A stretch of DNA of 64,000 nt from Alphaproteobacteria bacterium (GTDB taxonomy: Bacteria > Pseudomonadota > Alphaproteobacteria > MPNO01 > UBA830), in the NCBI GenBank assembly GCA_965243135.1, contig OZ251539.1, positions 1,536,001-1,600,000 of the forward strand, written 5' to 3'. The position numbers were made by a program, and so were the translations under genes. The first letter of the stretch is position 1, and each line of letters starts with the position of its first letter. Under the pieces are notes generated by a model. The model was given only the letters and a program-made list of their open reading frames with translations, did no database searches and was not told the origin of the DNA. Of the stretch, positions 48,534 through 58,476 are shown piece by piece.

Positions 48534-51500
48534 GCCTGTCTAATGCAGGACTGGATGCGCTCAACAAACATTGGGCGGTTGCAGCAATCGGGGCAGAAGA
48601 GCTGGCGCGCGCTGCGAATCTTGTCAACGAACGGTTGGCGCGTCGAGCGCTCGGCAAGCAGATTAGTTTTGCCTTTGAAGATGATCCGGAAGATGAACCG
48701 TTTCTGGAGCGAGTGGCCCTTGCTTACGAACTTGCGGCTATCGAAGGGCTGGACGAATTGAGCCGCCCTGCAGGGGAGAACGCGCTTTTACGCCAGCAGG
48801 CCGCCGCAGCCTCGTTTCGGGCCTTCGATATTCGTCGTCTTTTGTCCATACCTGTGCACACGGATGAACGCCTGTTTTTCGTTCTACAGCTCTCCGCGGT
48901 CGCCTATTGCGGTGATCGATGGTCGGATTTACGCCGTTGGTTCAAGGAGCAGAAAGCGGTGCAGAAGGCCCCGAGCGTTGCTGATGTACCGTGGGATCGC
49001 AGACTTTTATATCGGCTGTTCGATTGTTGGAGTCGGCTGTTCCGCAAAGATGGGTGGGATGATCTGGACCGTATTCGTGAGATCATTGCCGGATTACGCA
49101 ACGATCAGACGAATTACGAGGAAGATCGGCTTAGGAATGGATCGGAAACGCTTGATCGGGCCATCGCTCTGCGGTTAGCGGCACTCTATAACTGGGCCAA
49201 GGCCACTGAAATCCTTGCGAACTATATGCTTCACGGTGAACCGGTCAATCCTTTTGGTAATCTTGATAAGCATTTCGAGTCCGGAATAAAGGCTGCAGCT
49301 GCTTCTTGCGATGCGCAGCACGAAGTGGTGTTGAGATGGCTTCACGCTTCGGCACGCATTATGATCACCAATTCGCTTTGGTGGGCCACGCGGACGGTGA
49401 ACTCCCGCACATCGGAATTCGTGCGTTCTCTTACGCGCCGCCAACACAAAGCTATGTTTGAACTATTACCTCCGCAACGTGCTGCTCTGCTGGAACAAGG
49501 ACTTCTTGATCAGGCGAAGACAGCTATCGTGATTGACATGCCTACTTCCGGTGGCAAGACGCTGTTGGCTCAGTTCCGGATGCTTCAGGCGTTGAATCAG
49601 TTTAGAGCCGAAAATGGTTGGGTTGTCTATGTCACGCCTACCCGTACTCTGTCTGCACAAATTACCAGACGCTTGAGAAAAGATTTTGAGCCGATCGGAT
49701 TGCGCGTGGAACAATTAACTGCGGCCGTTGAAGTTGACGCCTTTGAAGAGCGTCTTCTGACGGATGAAATGCATCCGTTCGATATCCTCGTTGCAACTCC
49801 GGAAAAATTGTCTCTCGTTATTCGAAACAAAAAGGTTGATCGACCTCTTGCCCTTGTGGTGATGGACGAAGCACATAATATCGAATCCGAAGGTCGGGGT
49901 TTGCGTATTGAGTTTCTGCTTGCGACGGTCAAGCAGGATTGTTCGCAGGCGAATTTTCTTCTGTTGATGCCTTATGTGGAACAGTCGGATTCGGTTGCGC
50001 GCTGGTTGGCGCACGATGTCAATTCTGGGCGCGCGATCAGTCTGAGCACCGTTCCCTGGAAACCCAACGAACGCATAATTGGGCTGTACAAGGTGACTGC
50101 CGATGACAGTGAACGAGCCGGCTGGCGTCTCAATTTCGAAACGCTCACTGCAACCGAAAAGGCTATGCCCCTTCACGGAATTCACTGCGTCGACGGCGTG
50201 AAACCTCTCAATGTGCCAAAGAGTCGGGTGCTCGGCAAAGGAGAGCAACGAGGGCGATGGCTTCAGACGGCGGCGATTGGCGCGGTGATGTCCGCCCGTG
50301 GCGGCACGAGCATCACCGTTGCGAACAAGATTTCAACCGTCTGGAAAATGGCGAGCGAGGCTGCGCGAAGCTTTTCGAAATTGGAAAACGCGGATATTCG
50401 GCTCGTTCAGAATTTTTTGCGTACCGAAATAAGTCCGGATTTCGAGCTCATAGGCATGTTGGAGAAGGGAGTAGGCGTTCATCATGCCGGACTTTCCGAT
50501 GATGTTCGAGCTTTAATGGAATGGCTGGCGGAGACAGGCAAACTGCGGTTGCTTTGCGCCACGTCAACTATTGCACAAGGCATCGACTACCCTGTTTCCT
50601 CGGTCTTTCTGTCGTCGCGGTTTGTTCCGAGGGGACGAAGGTCCGTAGAGATCACCTCCAGAGAGTTCTGGAATCTAGCGGGGCGTGCGGGACGCCTTGA
50701 TCATGACAGTGTGGGCGTTGTCGGATTGTGCGAAGGAAGTGATCGCGATGCGCTGATTGAGTTTGTGAGCAGGAGTACCGGTGCGCTGGTTTCTCGTTTG
50801 GTGGTGCTGCTGGACGAACTTGCTAGTCAAGGGGAACTGGCAAATTTGTCTCAGGTTCTGTGGAAAGATCAATGGGAGGATTTTCGATGTTATATCGCCC
50901 ATCTTTGGGCGGAGAAAAAGAATTTAGATGCCGTTCTCGCGGACTCGGAACAGCTTCTCAGGCAAACCTACGGTTATACTTCCATGCGCAACAATCCCGC
51001 GGAGAGAGAAAAAGCGGACGCCCTGCTTCGCGCAACTAAAAGTTACGCTGAAAACCTTGCCGGCATGTCGGAAGGCATCGTGGATCTTGCCGATTCAACG
51101 GGCTTTTCTCCTGAAGGCGTTACGAAAGCGATGCGTGGGCTGCGTAACCTCGAAACCAAACTCGAAACTTCAGACTGGGCACCCGAAAGCCTCTTTGGAA
51201 ATGGCGGCAAAATCGCAGATTTATTCGGCGTCATGCTTCAAGTTCCGCAACTCAAGGCACTTGGAGAGCTCCACCATCTCGGCTCCGATGGAACCCGCAT
51301 ATCCGACATAGCCAGAGATTGGGTGAACGGAAAGAGCATCCAAACGATTGCGAGAGACTATTTCAGTGGCGACCAAGATGATGAGTTGAGTACGACCGCC
51401 CTGACCGATGCTTGCAGGGCGATTTATAGAACGATTGTCAATAACGGGACATGGGGTGTTTCAGCTCTCTGCCGCGTATCTGGAATCGACTTCGATACCC

Positions 51501-51802
51501 TTTCCGAGACCGAAAAACGTAGAATTAATGCGCTTCCAGCGATGATTTATCATGGCGTTAAAACTGAAGATGCGGTGTTGATGAGGATGAATTCCGCGCC
51601 GAGAAGCATAGCCGAATCTCTTGGTGGTTTATACCGGGAAATCAATCATGAAAACGAGGCAAGATACTCGGTGAGCGAGGCACGAAGTTTCCTCAAGACA
51701 CTCGATGCCCGCGATTGGGATCACGCACGGCCTGAAGATGCTGCTTTGTCGGGGACTGAGTACAAGCAGATTTGGGAGCTTCTTTCGGGGGATACAAGAT
51801 GA
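48530..51802 (+). CDS. hamB: Ski2-like SF2 DEAH helicase, HamB-like (1090 aa)
   Basis: ELLPPQ, MPTSGGKT, PTRTL, TPEK, DEAH, HHAGL, ATSTIAQGID, NLAGRAGR; long N-terminal extension. Confidence 0.72.
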   Translation: MSLSNAGLDALNKHWAVAAIGAEELARAANLVNERLARRALGKQISFAFEDDPEDEPFLERVALAYELAAIEGLDELSRPAGENALLRQQAAAASFRAFDIRRLLSIPVHTDERLFFVLQLSAVAYCGDRWSDLRRWFKEQKAVQKAPSVADVPWDRRLLYRLFDCWSRLFRKDGWDDLDRIREIIAGLRNDQTNYEEDRLRNGSETLDRAIALRLAALYNWAKATEILANYMLHGEPVNPFGNLDKHFESGIKAAAASCDAQHEVVLRWLHASARIMITNSLWWATRTVNSRTSEFVRSLTRRQHKAMFELLPPQRAALLEQGLLDQAKTAIVIDMPTSGGKTLLAQFRMLQALNQFRAENGWVVYVTPTRTLSAQITRRLRKDFEPIGLRVEQLTAAVEVDAFEERLLTDEMHPFDILVATPEKLSLVIRNKKVDRPLALVVMDEAHNIESEGRGLRIEFLLATVKQDCSQANFLLLMPYVEQSDSVARWLAHDVNSGRAISLSTVPWKPNERIIGLYKVTADDSERAGWRLNFETLTATEKAMPLHGIHCVDGVKPLNVPKSRVLGKGEQRGRWLQTAAIGAVMSARGGTSITVANKISTVWKMASEAARSFSKLENADIRLVQNFLRTEISPDFELIGMLEKGVGVHHAGLSDDVRALMEWLAETGKLRLLCATSTIAQGIDYPVSSVFLSSRFVPRGRRSVEITSREFWNLAGRAGRLDHDSVGVVGLCEGSDRDALIEFVSRSTGALVSRLVVLLDELASQGELANLSQVLWKDQWEDFRCYIAHLWAEKKNLDAVLADSEQLLRQTYGYTSMRNNPAEREKADALLRATKSYAENLAGMSEGIVDLADSTGFSPEGVTKAMRGLRNLETKLETSDWAPESLFGNGGKIADLFGVMLQVPQLKALGELHHLGSDGTRISDIARDWVNGKSIQTIARDYFSGDQDDELSTTALTDACRAIYRTIVNNGTWGVSALCRVSGIDFDTLSETEKRRINALPAMIYHGVKTEDAVLMRMNSAPRSIAESLGGLYREINHENEARYSVSEARSFLKTLDARDWDHARPEDAALSGTEYKQIWELLSGDTR

Positions 51803-51984
51803 CGTTTGAATGTCTGGGATACGCCGGCCATTTACCCATCCCGCAATACCAAAACGGGACGACGTGCCGTTCGGTTCGGAAGCTCCCGCAATTTTCGGAG
51901 CGATGACTTCGGCTAGGCGGTTACGTGAAAGGAATCCTGCCAATTGGATTCGACAGGAAGGCGAGAAACATCTGGAGGTTTGAA

Positions 51985-52698
51985 ATGACGGATTTGTTCG
52001 AAGGCACGCAGGATCTGGAGGATATTCAGATCATTTACGAAACGATGGAAAAAAATTGCCCGAATCCGTTCTCGAAATCGAAGAGGCTTTGGGAGTTGAG
52101 ACGCGCATGCTGCATAAGCGACCACAATGCGTCTGCGGAAACGATGATCGAAAAATCCGTAGTCAATCTAGCGGATAACGAACACATGGAAGGATGGTTC
52201 AATCAATGCCCCGCCGCTTCCGGAATGGGAGACTCTTCCAGAAACAGGCACACCAACGTCGATCTCGTTCATTGGGATGCTTCCGTTTCGAGAGCTCGCA
52301 TGGTTGAATTGAAAATGGGCAGCGATGATCCGCAAGCCGCGCTGCGGCAAATTCTTCGTTATGGCGCCGCGTATTTGTTTTGCCGTAAGAACAAGAAGAA
52401 GTTGCCGCTTGGTGAACGGCCCTTGATGCGAGCCCGTCATGTTTCTCTCGAAGTCGTCGCGCCTTGGGAATATTATCGGGATCACGGGACTAGCATCGAG
52501 CGGATGCGCGACTCCCTTTCGTTCGCCGATTCTGCAGAACTGTCGATGTCTCTGGGCGCGTTTGCGTTTCCAAGGAATTTCAAACCGCCGTTCAAGTGCG
52601 GACGGGAGGTGAAGGAAAAGTGCCGAACTGCCGATCTGACCGAGGAAGGCAGAACGATCAGGGACTCGTTTGAAAATTTGATTCCGATCTGGACGTAA
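51985..52698 (+). CDS. Hypothetical protein, probable PD-(D/E)XK nuclease fold
   Basis: GGAGG RBS; E..NQCP...NVDLV...MVELK...ALRQILRYG. Confidence 0.6.
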   Translation: MTDLFEGTQDLEDIQIIYETMEKNCPNPFSKSKRLWELRRACCISDHNASAETMIEKSVVNLADNEHMEGWFNQCPAASGMGDSSRNRHTNVDLVHWDASVSRARMVELKMGSDDPQAALRQILRYGAAYLFCRKNKKKLPLGERPLMRARHVSLEVVAPWEYYRDHGTSIERMRDSLSFADSAELSMSLGAFAFPRNFKPPFKCGREVKEKCRTADLTEEGRTIRDSFENLIPIWT

Positions 52699-52953
52699 CG
52701 ACTCTCGCAACGCAATTGCGTTCGGCTGAAGTTTGTCGGAATTCCTCGGTAGCGTAGGCTTGACGTTTCCGCGAATGCCGAAGGCGGCCGCATTTCAGGG
52801 ACGGAGAAGCGGCGCAGGGCGGTGCATCGGGCCGCGGCGAAGACGCGCTTCCGGACTTTTTTCGCGATCCGACTGCCGCGCCGGTGGACATGCGGCCGGA
52901 ATGACGGCTAATAATGGCCGGCCTCGGCGAACGGGGCGACAGGGGAGGAACCG

Positions 52954-54033
52954 GTGAGCGCATTCGCGACGCTGCACGAAATCGTCAAGGCCGCTCATCG
53001 CAACCTGTCGCCGGGCGCGTGGGACTATCTGATCGGCGGAGCGGACACCGAAACAGCGCTCCTCCGCAACCGCCTCGCGCTCGACAGCCTCGCCTTCCGG
53101 CCGCTGGTGCTCAAAGACGTGCGCCAAATCGATCTCGCGGCGACCGTTCACGGACAGCGCTCGCGCCTGCCGATCGTTCTCGCGCCCATGGGTTCGCTCG
53201 ACGCGCTCGATCCCGGCGGCGCCATGACCGTGGCGAAGGCCGCCGAGGAATTCGGCGTCGTCAGCTACCTGAGCTCGGTCACCCGGCCCGGCCTCGAGGA
53301 AATCGCGGCCGGGACCGCGCATCCCAAGGCGTTCCAGCTCTACGTCCGCGGCGACCGCGACTGGGTGGCCGGCATCGTCCGCAAGGCGGTCGACCGCGGC
53401 TACGTCCTCTTTTGCCTGACGGTCGACGTCGCGCTCTATTCGCGGCGGGAGCGGGACTTGATCAAGCGCTATCAGCCCCTCGGCCGCGCCCGCAACGACG
53501 AGGGATGGGAATTTCAGGCGGCGCTCGACTGGGATCTGGTCAAGTGGTTCAAGGATACCTGGGACGTTCCGCTCGCGCTGAAAGGCATCGCGACGGCCGA
53601 GGACGCCGCCCGCTGCGTCGAGAACGGAGTCGAGGTGGTCTACGTGTCCAATCATGGCGGGCGTCAACTCGACCACGGCCGCGGCACCATCGACGTCCTG
53701 CCGGAAGTGGTCAGGGAAACCGGCGGCCGCGCGGAAATCGTCGTCGACGGCGGATTCTGCCGCGGCGCCGACATCGTGAAGGCGCTTGCGCGCGGCGCCG
53801 ACGCCGTCGCCATAGGCAAGATTCAGGGGCTCGGCCTCGGCGCGGCGGGGCAGGCGGGCGTGGTCCGCGTGCTCGAACTGCTTGAGGCCGAAATGCAGAT
53901 CGTCATGGGCCTTCTCGGCCTCGATCGCCTCGAAAGCCTCTCGGAAGACTTTCTCGCGCCCGCGCAGCCCGTCGTTCCGCCCGGCGCGCTCAGCGCGTTC
54001 CCGTTTCTCAATCTGCCGGCGTCGGAGTATTGA
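52954..54033 (+). CDS. FMN-dependent alpha-hydroxy acid oxidase/dehydrogenase
   Basis: WDYLIGGA, FQLYV, LTVD, LKGI, SNHGGRQLD, DGG.CRG.DIVKALA.GA. Confidence 0.93.
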   Translation: MSAFATLHEIVKAAHRNLSPGAWDYLIGGADTETALLRNRLALDSLAFRPLVLKDVRQIDLAATVHGQRSRLPIVLAPMGSLDALDPGGAMTVAKAAEEFGVVSYLSSVTRPGLEEIAAGTAHPKAFQLYVRGDRDWVAGIVRKAVDRGYVLFCLTVDVALYSRRERDLIKRYQPLGRARNDEGWEFQAALDWDLVKWFKDTWDVPLALKGIATAEDAARCVENGVEVVYVSNHGGRQLDHGRGTIDVLPEVVRETGGRAEIVVDGGFCRGADIVKALARGADAVAIGKIQGLGLGAAGQAGVVRVLELLEAEMQIVMGLLGLDRLESLSEDFLAPAQPVVPPGALSAFPFLNLPASEY

Positions 54034-54034
54034 A

Positions 54035-55843
54035 ATGAACCACATCGGAAAGCTCGACCGCCCGGTGCCGGGCGACAACAAGCCCATGGAATGGATCAGC
54101 GACGTCGCGGCGGAGATGCTTCGCCGGATGGGAATCCGTTACGTGTCGCTGAATCCGGGGGCCAGCTACCGGGGCTTTCACGATTCCCTCGTCAACTACC
54201 TCGGCAACAGCGATCCCCAGATCCTGCTCTGCCTTCACGAGGACCACGCCGTGTCGATCGCCCACGGCTACGCCTCGGTTCTCGACGAACCCATGGGCGT
54301 CGTGCTGCATTCGAACGTCGGACTGATGCACGGGCTGATGGGCGTCTTCAACGCCTGGTGCGACCGTGCGCCGGTTCTGGTGATGGGCGCGACGGGGCCT
54401 GTCGACGCGCCGTTGCGCCGGCCCTGGATCGACTGGATTCACACGGCCAAGGATCAGGGCGCGCTGCTTCGCAATTTCGTGAAGTACGACGACGAGCCGC
54501 GTTCGGCCGAAGCCATCGTGGAGACCATGCTGCGCGCGAATCTCCTGGCGCGCCAGGCCCCGCAAGGTCCGGTCTACGTCTGTTTCGACGCCGGCTTGCA
54601 GGAAACGCCGCTGAAGGACGGAGAGGTGACGATTCCGGACGTGAGCCGCTTCGCGCCGGCCGATCCGCCTCCGGCGCCGGCCCGCGCCGTGGCGGAAACC
54701 GCCGGGCTGTTGGCCAGCGCCCGCAACCCCGTGCTGCTGTTCGGCCGCATGGGTGCCGGGCTCGATGACTGGAACCGCCGCGTGAAGCTCGCGGAACGCG
54801 TCGGTGCGGGCGTGATCACCGACCTCAAGAACCGGGCGGTTTTTCCGACCGAACACGCGCTTCACGTCGGCGCGCCGTCGAACTGGATCGGCCCGTTCGG
54901 CCAGGAGGAATTGATGGCGGCCGACGTCGTCGTCGCCTTCGACTGGGTCGATCTCGCGGGCTCCTTCAAACCGCTGGCGCCGCGCGGGGGCGTGCCGGGC
55001 AGGATCGTCAACTGCACGCTCGATTCGTACCTCCACAACGGCTGGAGCGCCGATCACTTCGGCCTTTCCGCGGCCGACGTTCCGGTGCTCGCTGATCCGG
55101 ACGTTTTTGTCGGCCAGCTTCTCGGGGAGTTGGAAGGGCGACTCGGCGGCGAGTCGCGTTGGGACGGCGCCGCCAAGCCGAAACCGTCCGCGGAGGAGGG
55201 CGGAGCGTCCGGCGACCGGATCGCGCCCCGGGACATTGCGAACGCGCTCAAGGCCGCCCGCGGCGAACGCGAGATCACCCTGACGCGAGTGCCGCTCGGC
55301 TGGGCCTCGGACGCCTGGCACTTCGCGCACCCGCTCGACTACCTCGGCAACGACGGCGGCGGCGGCCTGGCCTCCGGTCCCGGCAACGCGATTGGCGCCG
55401 GCCTCGCCCTGCTGGAAAGCGAACGCGCCGTGGTGGCGATACTCGGAGACGGGGATTTCATGCAGGGCGGGTCGGCGCTGTGGACGGCAGCCCGTTACCG
55501 GATACCGGTGCTGTTCGTCGTCTCCAACAACCGGTCGAACTTCAACGACGAGGTTCATCAGCAAGCCATGGCGACGCAGCGCGGCCGTCCCGTCGAGAAT
55601 CGCTGGATCGGGCAGCGCATCGACGAGCCGGCCATCGATCTGGCCGCCTACGCCAGGGCGCAGGGCCTCGACGCGGTCGGGCCGGTCGAAAACCCGGACG
55701 AGTTGCGGGCCGCCCTCGAAGAAGGCTTGGCGGCCGTGGATTCGGGCCGGCCGTGCCTGGTCGACGTGGTGGTCCAGCCGGGCTATTCTTCACCGATGGT
55801 GACGCGCGCGAGCGGCGAGGCGTCCACCGGCGGCGCGGACTGA
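54035..55843 (+). CDS. ThDP-dependent enzyme (benzoylformate decarboxylase/ALS-like)
   Basis: NPGASYRG.HDS, LHEDHAV, GDGDF...VSNN ThDP motif. Confidence 0.92.
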   Translation: MNHIGKLDRPVPGDNKPMEWISDVAAEMLRRMGIRYVSLNPGASYRGFHDSLVNYLGNSDPQILLCLHEDHAVSIAHGYASVLDEPMGVVLHSNVGLMHGLMGVFNAWCDRAPVLVMGATGPVDAPLRRPWIDWIHTAKDQGALLRNFVKYDDEPRSAEAIVETMLRANLLARQAPQGPVYVCFDAGLQETPLKDGEVTIPDVSRFAPADPPPAPARAVAETAGLLASARNPVLLFGRMGAGLDDWNRRVKLAERVGAGVITDLKNRAVFPTEHALHVGAPSNWIGPFGQEELMAADVVVAFDWVDLAGSFKPLAPRGGVPGRIVNCTLDSYLHNGWSADHFGLSAADVPVLADPDVFVGQLLGELEGRLGGESRWDGAAKPKPSAEEGGASGDRIAPRDIANALKAARGEREITLTRVPLGWASDAWHFAHPLDYLGNDGGGGLASGPGNAIGAGLALLESERAVVAILGDGDFMQGGSALWTAARYRIPVLFVVSNNRSNFNDEVHQQAMATQRGRPVENRWIGQRIDEPAIDLAAYARAQGLDAVGPVENPDELRAALEEGLAAVDSGRPCLVDVVVQPGYSSPMVTRASGEASTGGAD

Positions 55844-55859
55844 CGCCGGGAGCGGCCGA

Positions 55860-56666
55860 ATGGCGGAAATTCTCCAGGTTCGAAACGTATCGAAGACCTA
55901 CGACCCGGAAGGCGGCAGTCCGGTCAGGGCGCTGGACGGCGTCGACCTGAGCGTCGCGGAAGGGGAGTTCGTCGCCGTCATCGGACCTTCCGGCTGCGGC
56001 AAGTCGACGCTGTTCAACATCGTTGGCGGCCTGATCGCCGACTACGAAGGCTCCGTCCTGATCGAGGGCCGCCCCGTCGACGGCGCGCACAAGGACGTCG
56101 GGGTCGTCTTTCAGGAGGAATCCACCTTTCCTTGGCGAACCACCCTTGAGAATGTCGGCTTCCCGCTCGAGATCGAAGGCGTTCCCAGGGCCGAACGCGA
56201 CGCGACGGCGCGCCGCTTCCTCCGCCTCGTCGGCCTGGAAGGCTTCGAGAACCATTATCCGGCTCAGCTGTCGGGAGGAATGAAGCAACGCACGGCGGTC
56301 GCCCGCACGCTCGCCTACGAGCCGCGCATCATGCTGCTCGACGAGCCCTTCGGCGCGCTCGACGAGCAGACCCGCATGCTGCTCGGCGACAAGATGCTGG
56401 AAATATGGGCCGAACTGAAGCAGACCATGCTGCTGATCACCCACAACATCACCGAAGCGGTGCAACTGTCCGACCGCGTCGTGGTCATGACGTTCCGCCC
56501 GGGCGCGATCAAGGACATCGTCGAGATCGACCTGCCGCGCCCGCGCACTTCCGAGGTCATCTCGACCCCGGAGTTCGGCGCCTATGTCGGCAGGCTCTGG
56601 ACTTTGCTGCGCGAAGAAGCGTCGCGCGGCATGGTGGAGGCCGAAGCCGAGATCGCCGCGACCTGA
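55860..56666 (+). CDS. ABC ATP-binding protein (NitT/TauT family)
   Basis: GPSGCGKST, LSGGMKQR, LLDEPFGALD, ITH. Confidence 0.94.
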   Translation: MAEILQVRNVSKTYDPEGGSPVRALDGVDLSVAEGEFVAVIGPSGCGKSTLFNIVGGLIADYEGSVLIEGRPVDGAHKDVGVVFQEESTFPWRTTLENVGFPLEIEGVPRAERDATARRFLRLVGLEGFENHYPAQLSGGMKQRTAVARTLAYEPRIMLLDEPFGALDEQTRMLLGDKMLEIWAELKQTMLLITHNITEAVQLSDRVVVMTFRPGAIKDIVEIDLPRPRTSEVISTPEFGAYVGRLWTLLREEASRGMVEAEAEIAAT

Positions 56667-56730
56667 CCGTTCGCTTGCGAACGAAAACTCGGCTAGACTT
56701 GACTGAAACCATGCGAACCGGAGGTTACGA

Positions 56731-57705
56731 ATGTCCAGAAAACTCAGATCGATCCTGATGGCGGCCGCTGGCGCGGCTTTCGTCGCGTCGCCGGCGCTTG
56801 CCGCCGACAAGGTGAGGCTCATCCTCAGCACCAAGGTCGTCTTCGAGATGGAGCACGGCTATTCCGCCATGGAGAACGGCGTCTACGACCGGTACGGTCT
56901 CGACGTGTCGATGATCCACGGATCGGGCGGGGCAGCGACGCTTCAGACAATCATCACCGGCAGCCAGGATATCGCGTTCGGCGTCGGTTTCCTGTCGGTG
57001 ATCGGGGCCTACTCGAAGGGCGCGCCTGTGCGCGTTCTCGGCAGCACCAAGCGCGGCGCCGGCGATCTCTACTGGTACGTCAAGACCGACAGCAAGATCA
57101 TGAAGCTTGCGGATCTCGGCGCCGAAGACGGTCTCGCCTATTCGCGTCCCGGTTCGACGACCCACCTCGCGACGCTGTTCCTCAAGGATTCCTTCAATCT
57201 CAAGGCCAAGCTGGTGTCCACAGGCGGGCCGTCGGGTTCGCGCACCCAGTTGATGTCCGACCAGGTCGCCACCGGCTGGTCGGTGTTTCCGCTGAACGCC
57301 AACCTGCTCCGCGAAAAGAAGATCCGCATCGTCGGTACCGGTTCGCAGGCGGAGGGGCTCGAAGGCCTGACGATCCGCGTCATCGCAGCGAACTCCAACT
57401 GGCTCGACAAGAACCGCGACGTGGCGCGGCGCATGATCGCGGCGCTGACCGAAGGCCAGCAGATCTCGTACTACAGCGACAAGCAATTGCGCGCCTATGC
57501 CAAGCGCTGGAAGCTGAACTACGAAGATGTGAAGGACGTGGCCAAGTTTACGCCTCTCGACGAAGCGACCTACCTGCCGATCGGCAGGATGGACGACGTC
57601 AACGACATGGCCCTGAAGTTCAAGCGAATCAAGAAGCTCCTGACGAAGGAACAGTTGCACGAGCTCATTCATCCGCTGGGCAACAAGCCGGCTCCGCTCG
57701 GCTAA
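56731..57705 (+). CDS. ABC substrate-binding protein (NitT/TauT family)
   Basis: GGAGG RBS; signal peptide ending ALA-ADK; GLDVS..HGSGG, SRPGSTT. Confidence 0.9.
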   Translation: MSRKLRSILMAAAGAAFVASPALAADKVRLILSTKVVFEMEHGYSAMENGVYDRYGLDVSMIHGSGGAATLQTIITGSQDIAFGVGFLSVIGAYSKGAPVRVLGSTKRGAGDLYWYVKTDSKIMKLADLGAEDGLAYSRPGSTTHLATLFLKDSFNLKAKLVSTGGPSGSRTQLMSDQVATGWSVFPLNANLLREKKIRIVGTGSQAEGLEGLTIRVIAANSNWLDKNRDVARRMIAALTEGQQISYYSDKQLRAYAKRWKLNYEDVKDVAKFTPLDEATYLPIGRMDDVNDMALKFKRIKKLLTKEQLHELIHPLGNKPAPLG

Positions 57706-57723
57706 CAGGAGTCGTCGCCCGGA

Positions 57724-58476
57724 ATGGGCAAGTCGTTCCGGTCGCCGGTCCTTGCCGGCCTGCTCGGGCTGCTGACGCTCGCCCTGACGCTCGAGCTGGC
57801 CGTCTCGTCCGGCCTGATCATGGAGCTGGTCGTGCCGCGGCCGTCGGACGCGGTTCTGGCGTTCCCTCCGGTCCAGGAGGAAATGGACCTGTTCGGCAAT
57901 TTCCTCGTCACGATGGGCATGACGGCGGCGGCGACCGCGATCGCGATCGCGGTCGCCGTGCCGTTCGGCTACTTCCTCTACCGCAACGCGCGATACGGAA
58001 TCGCCTACGAAGGCTGGCTGGCGGCTGCCTTCGCCGCGCCGACGGTTCTGCTCTATCCGCTGTTTCTCGTGATCTTCGGACGCACCCACGCGACCCTGAT
58101 TGCAATGGGGTTCATCCCGGGCGCGATCCCGATCGCCATTCAGACCCGCCAAGGCCTGCTGGGCGTGCCTGCGACGCTCCTCAACGTGGGCCGCAGCTTC
58201 AACGTTTCCGATCGCGAGATGTTCTGGAAGATCCAGTTGCCGAGCGCGGTGCCGACGATCTTCACGGGCATCCGGATCGGCGTGATGTACACGCTCGTCA
58301 ATATCGTCGCTATCGAATACCTCACCGATTTCGGCGGCCTCGGGCGCATCGTCTCGGAGATGTATTTTCGCTTCGACACGCCCGGCACCTACGCGAGCAT
58401 CCTTGCGGTTATCTTGGTGAGCATCTTCTTCTACTGGGGCTTTTCGAGGATGGAAAAATGGCTCAGACCAGCTTAG
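57724..58476 (+). CDS. ABC permease (NitT/TauT)
   Basis: VPRPSD, loop VGRSFN...KIQLPSAVP, GGLG. Confidence 0.9.
   Translation: MGKSFRSPVLAGLLGLLTLALTLELAVSSGLIMELVVPRPSDAVLAFPPVQEEMDLFGNFLVTMGMTAAATAIAIAVAVPFGYFLYRNARYGIAYEGWLAAAFAAPTVLLYPLFLVIFGRTHATLIAMGFIPGAIPIAIQTRQGLLGVPATLLNVGRSFNVSDREMFWKIQLPSAVPTIFTGIRIGVMYTLVNIVAIEYLTDFGGLGRIVSEMYFRFDTPGTYASILAVILVSIFFYWGFSRMEKWLRPA

Larger units (their letters stand above)
47500..52720. mobile_element. A+T-richer horizontally acquired defence-like island (boundaries approximate)
   Basis: Visible shift to A/T-ending codons relative to the flanks; left edge truncates a ThDP-enzyme remnant; no integrase or att repeat found. Confidence 0.6.
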
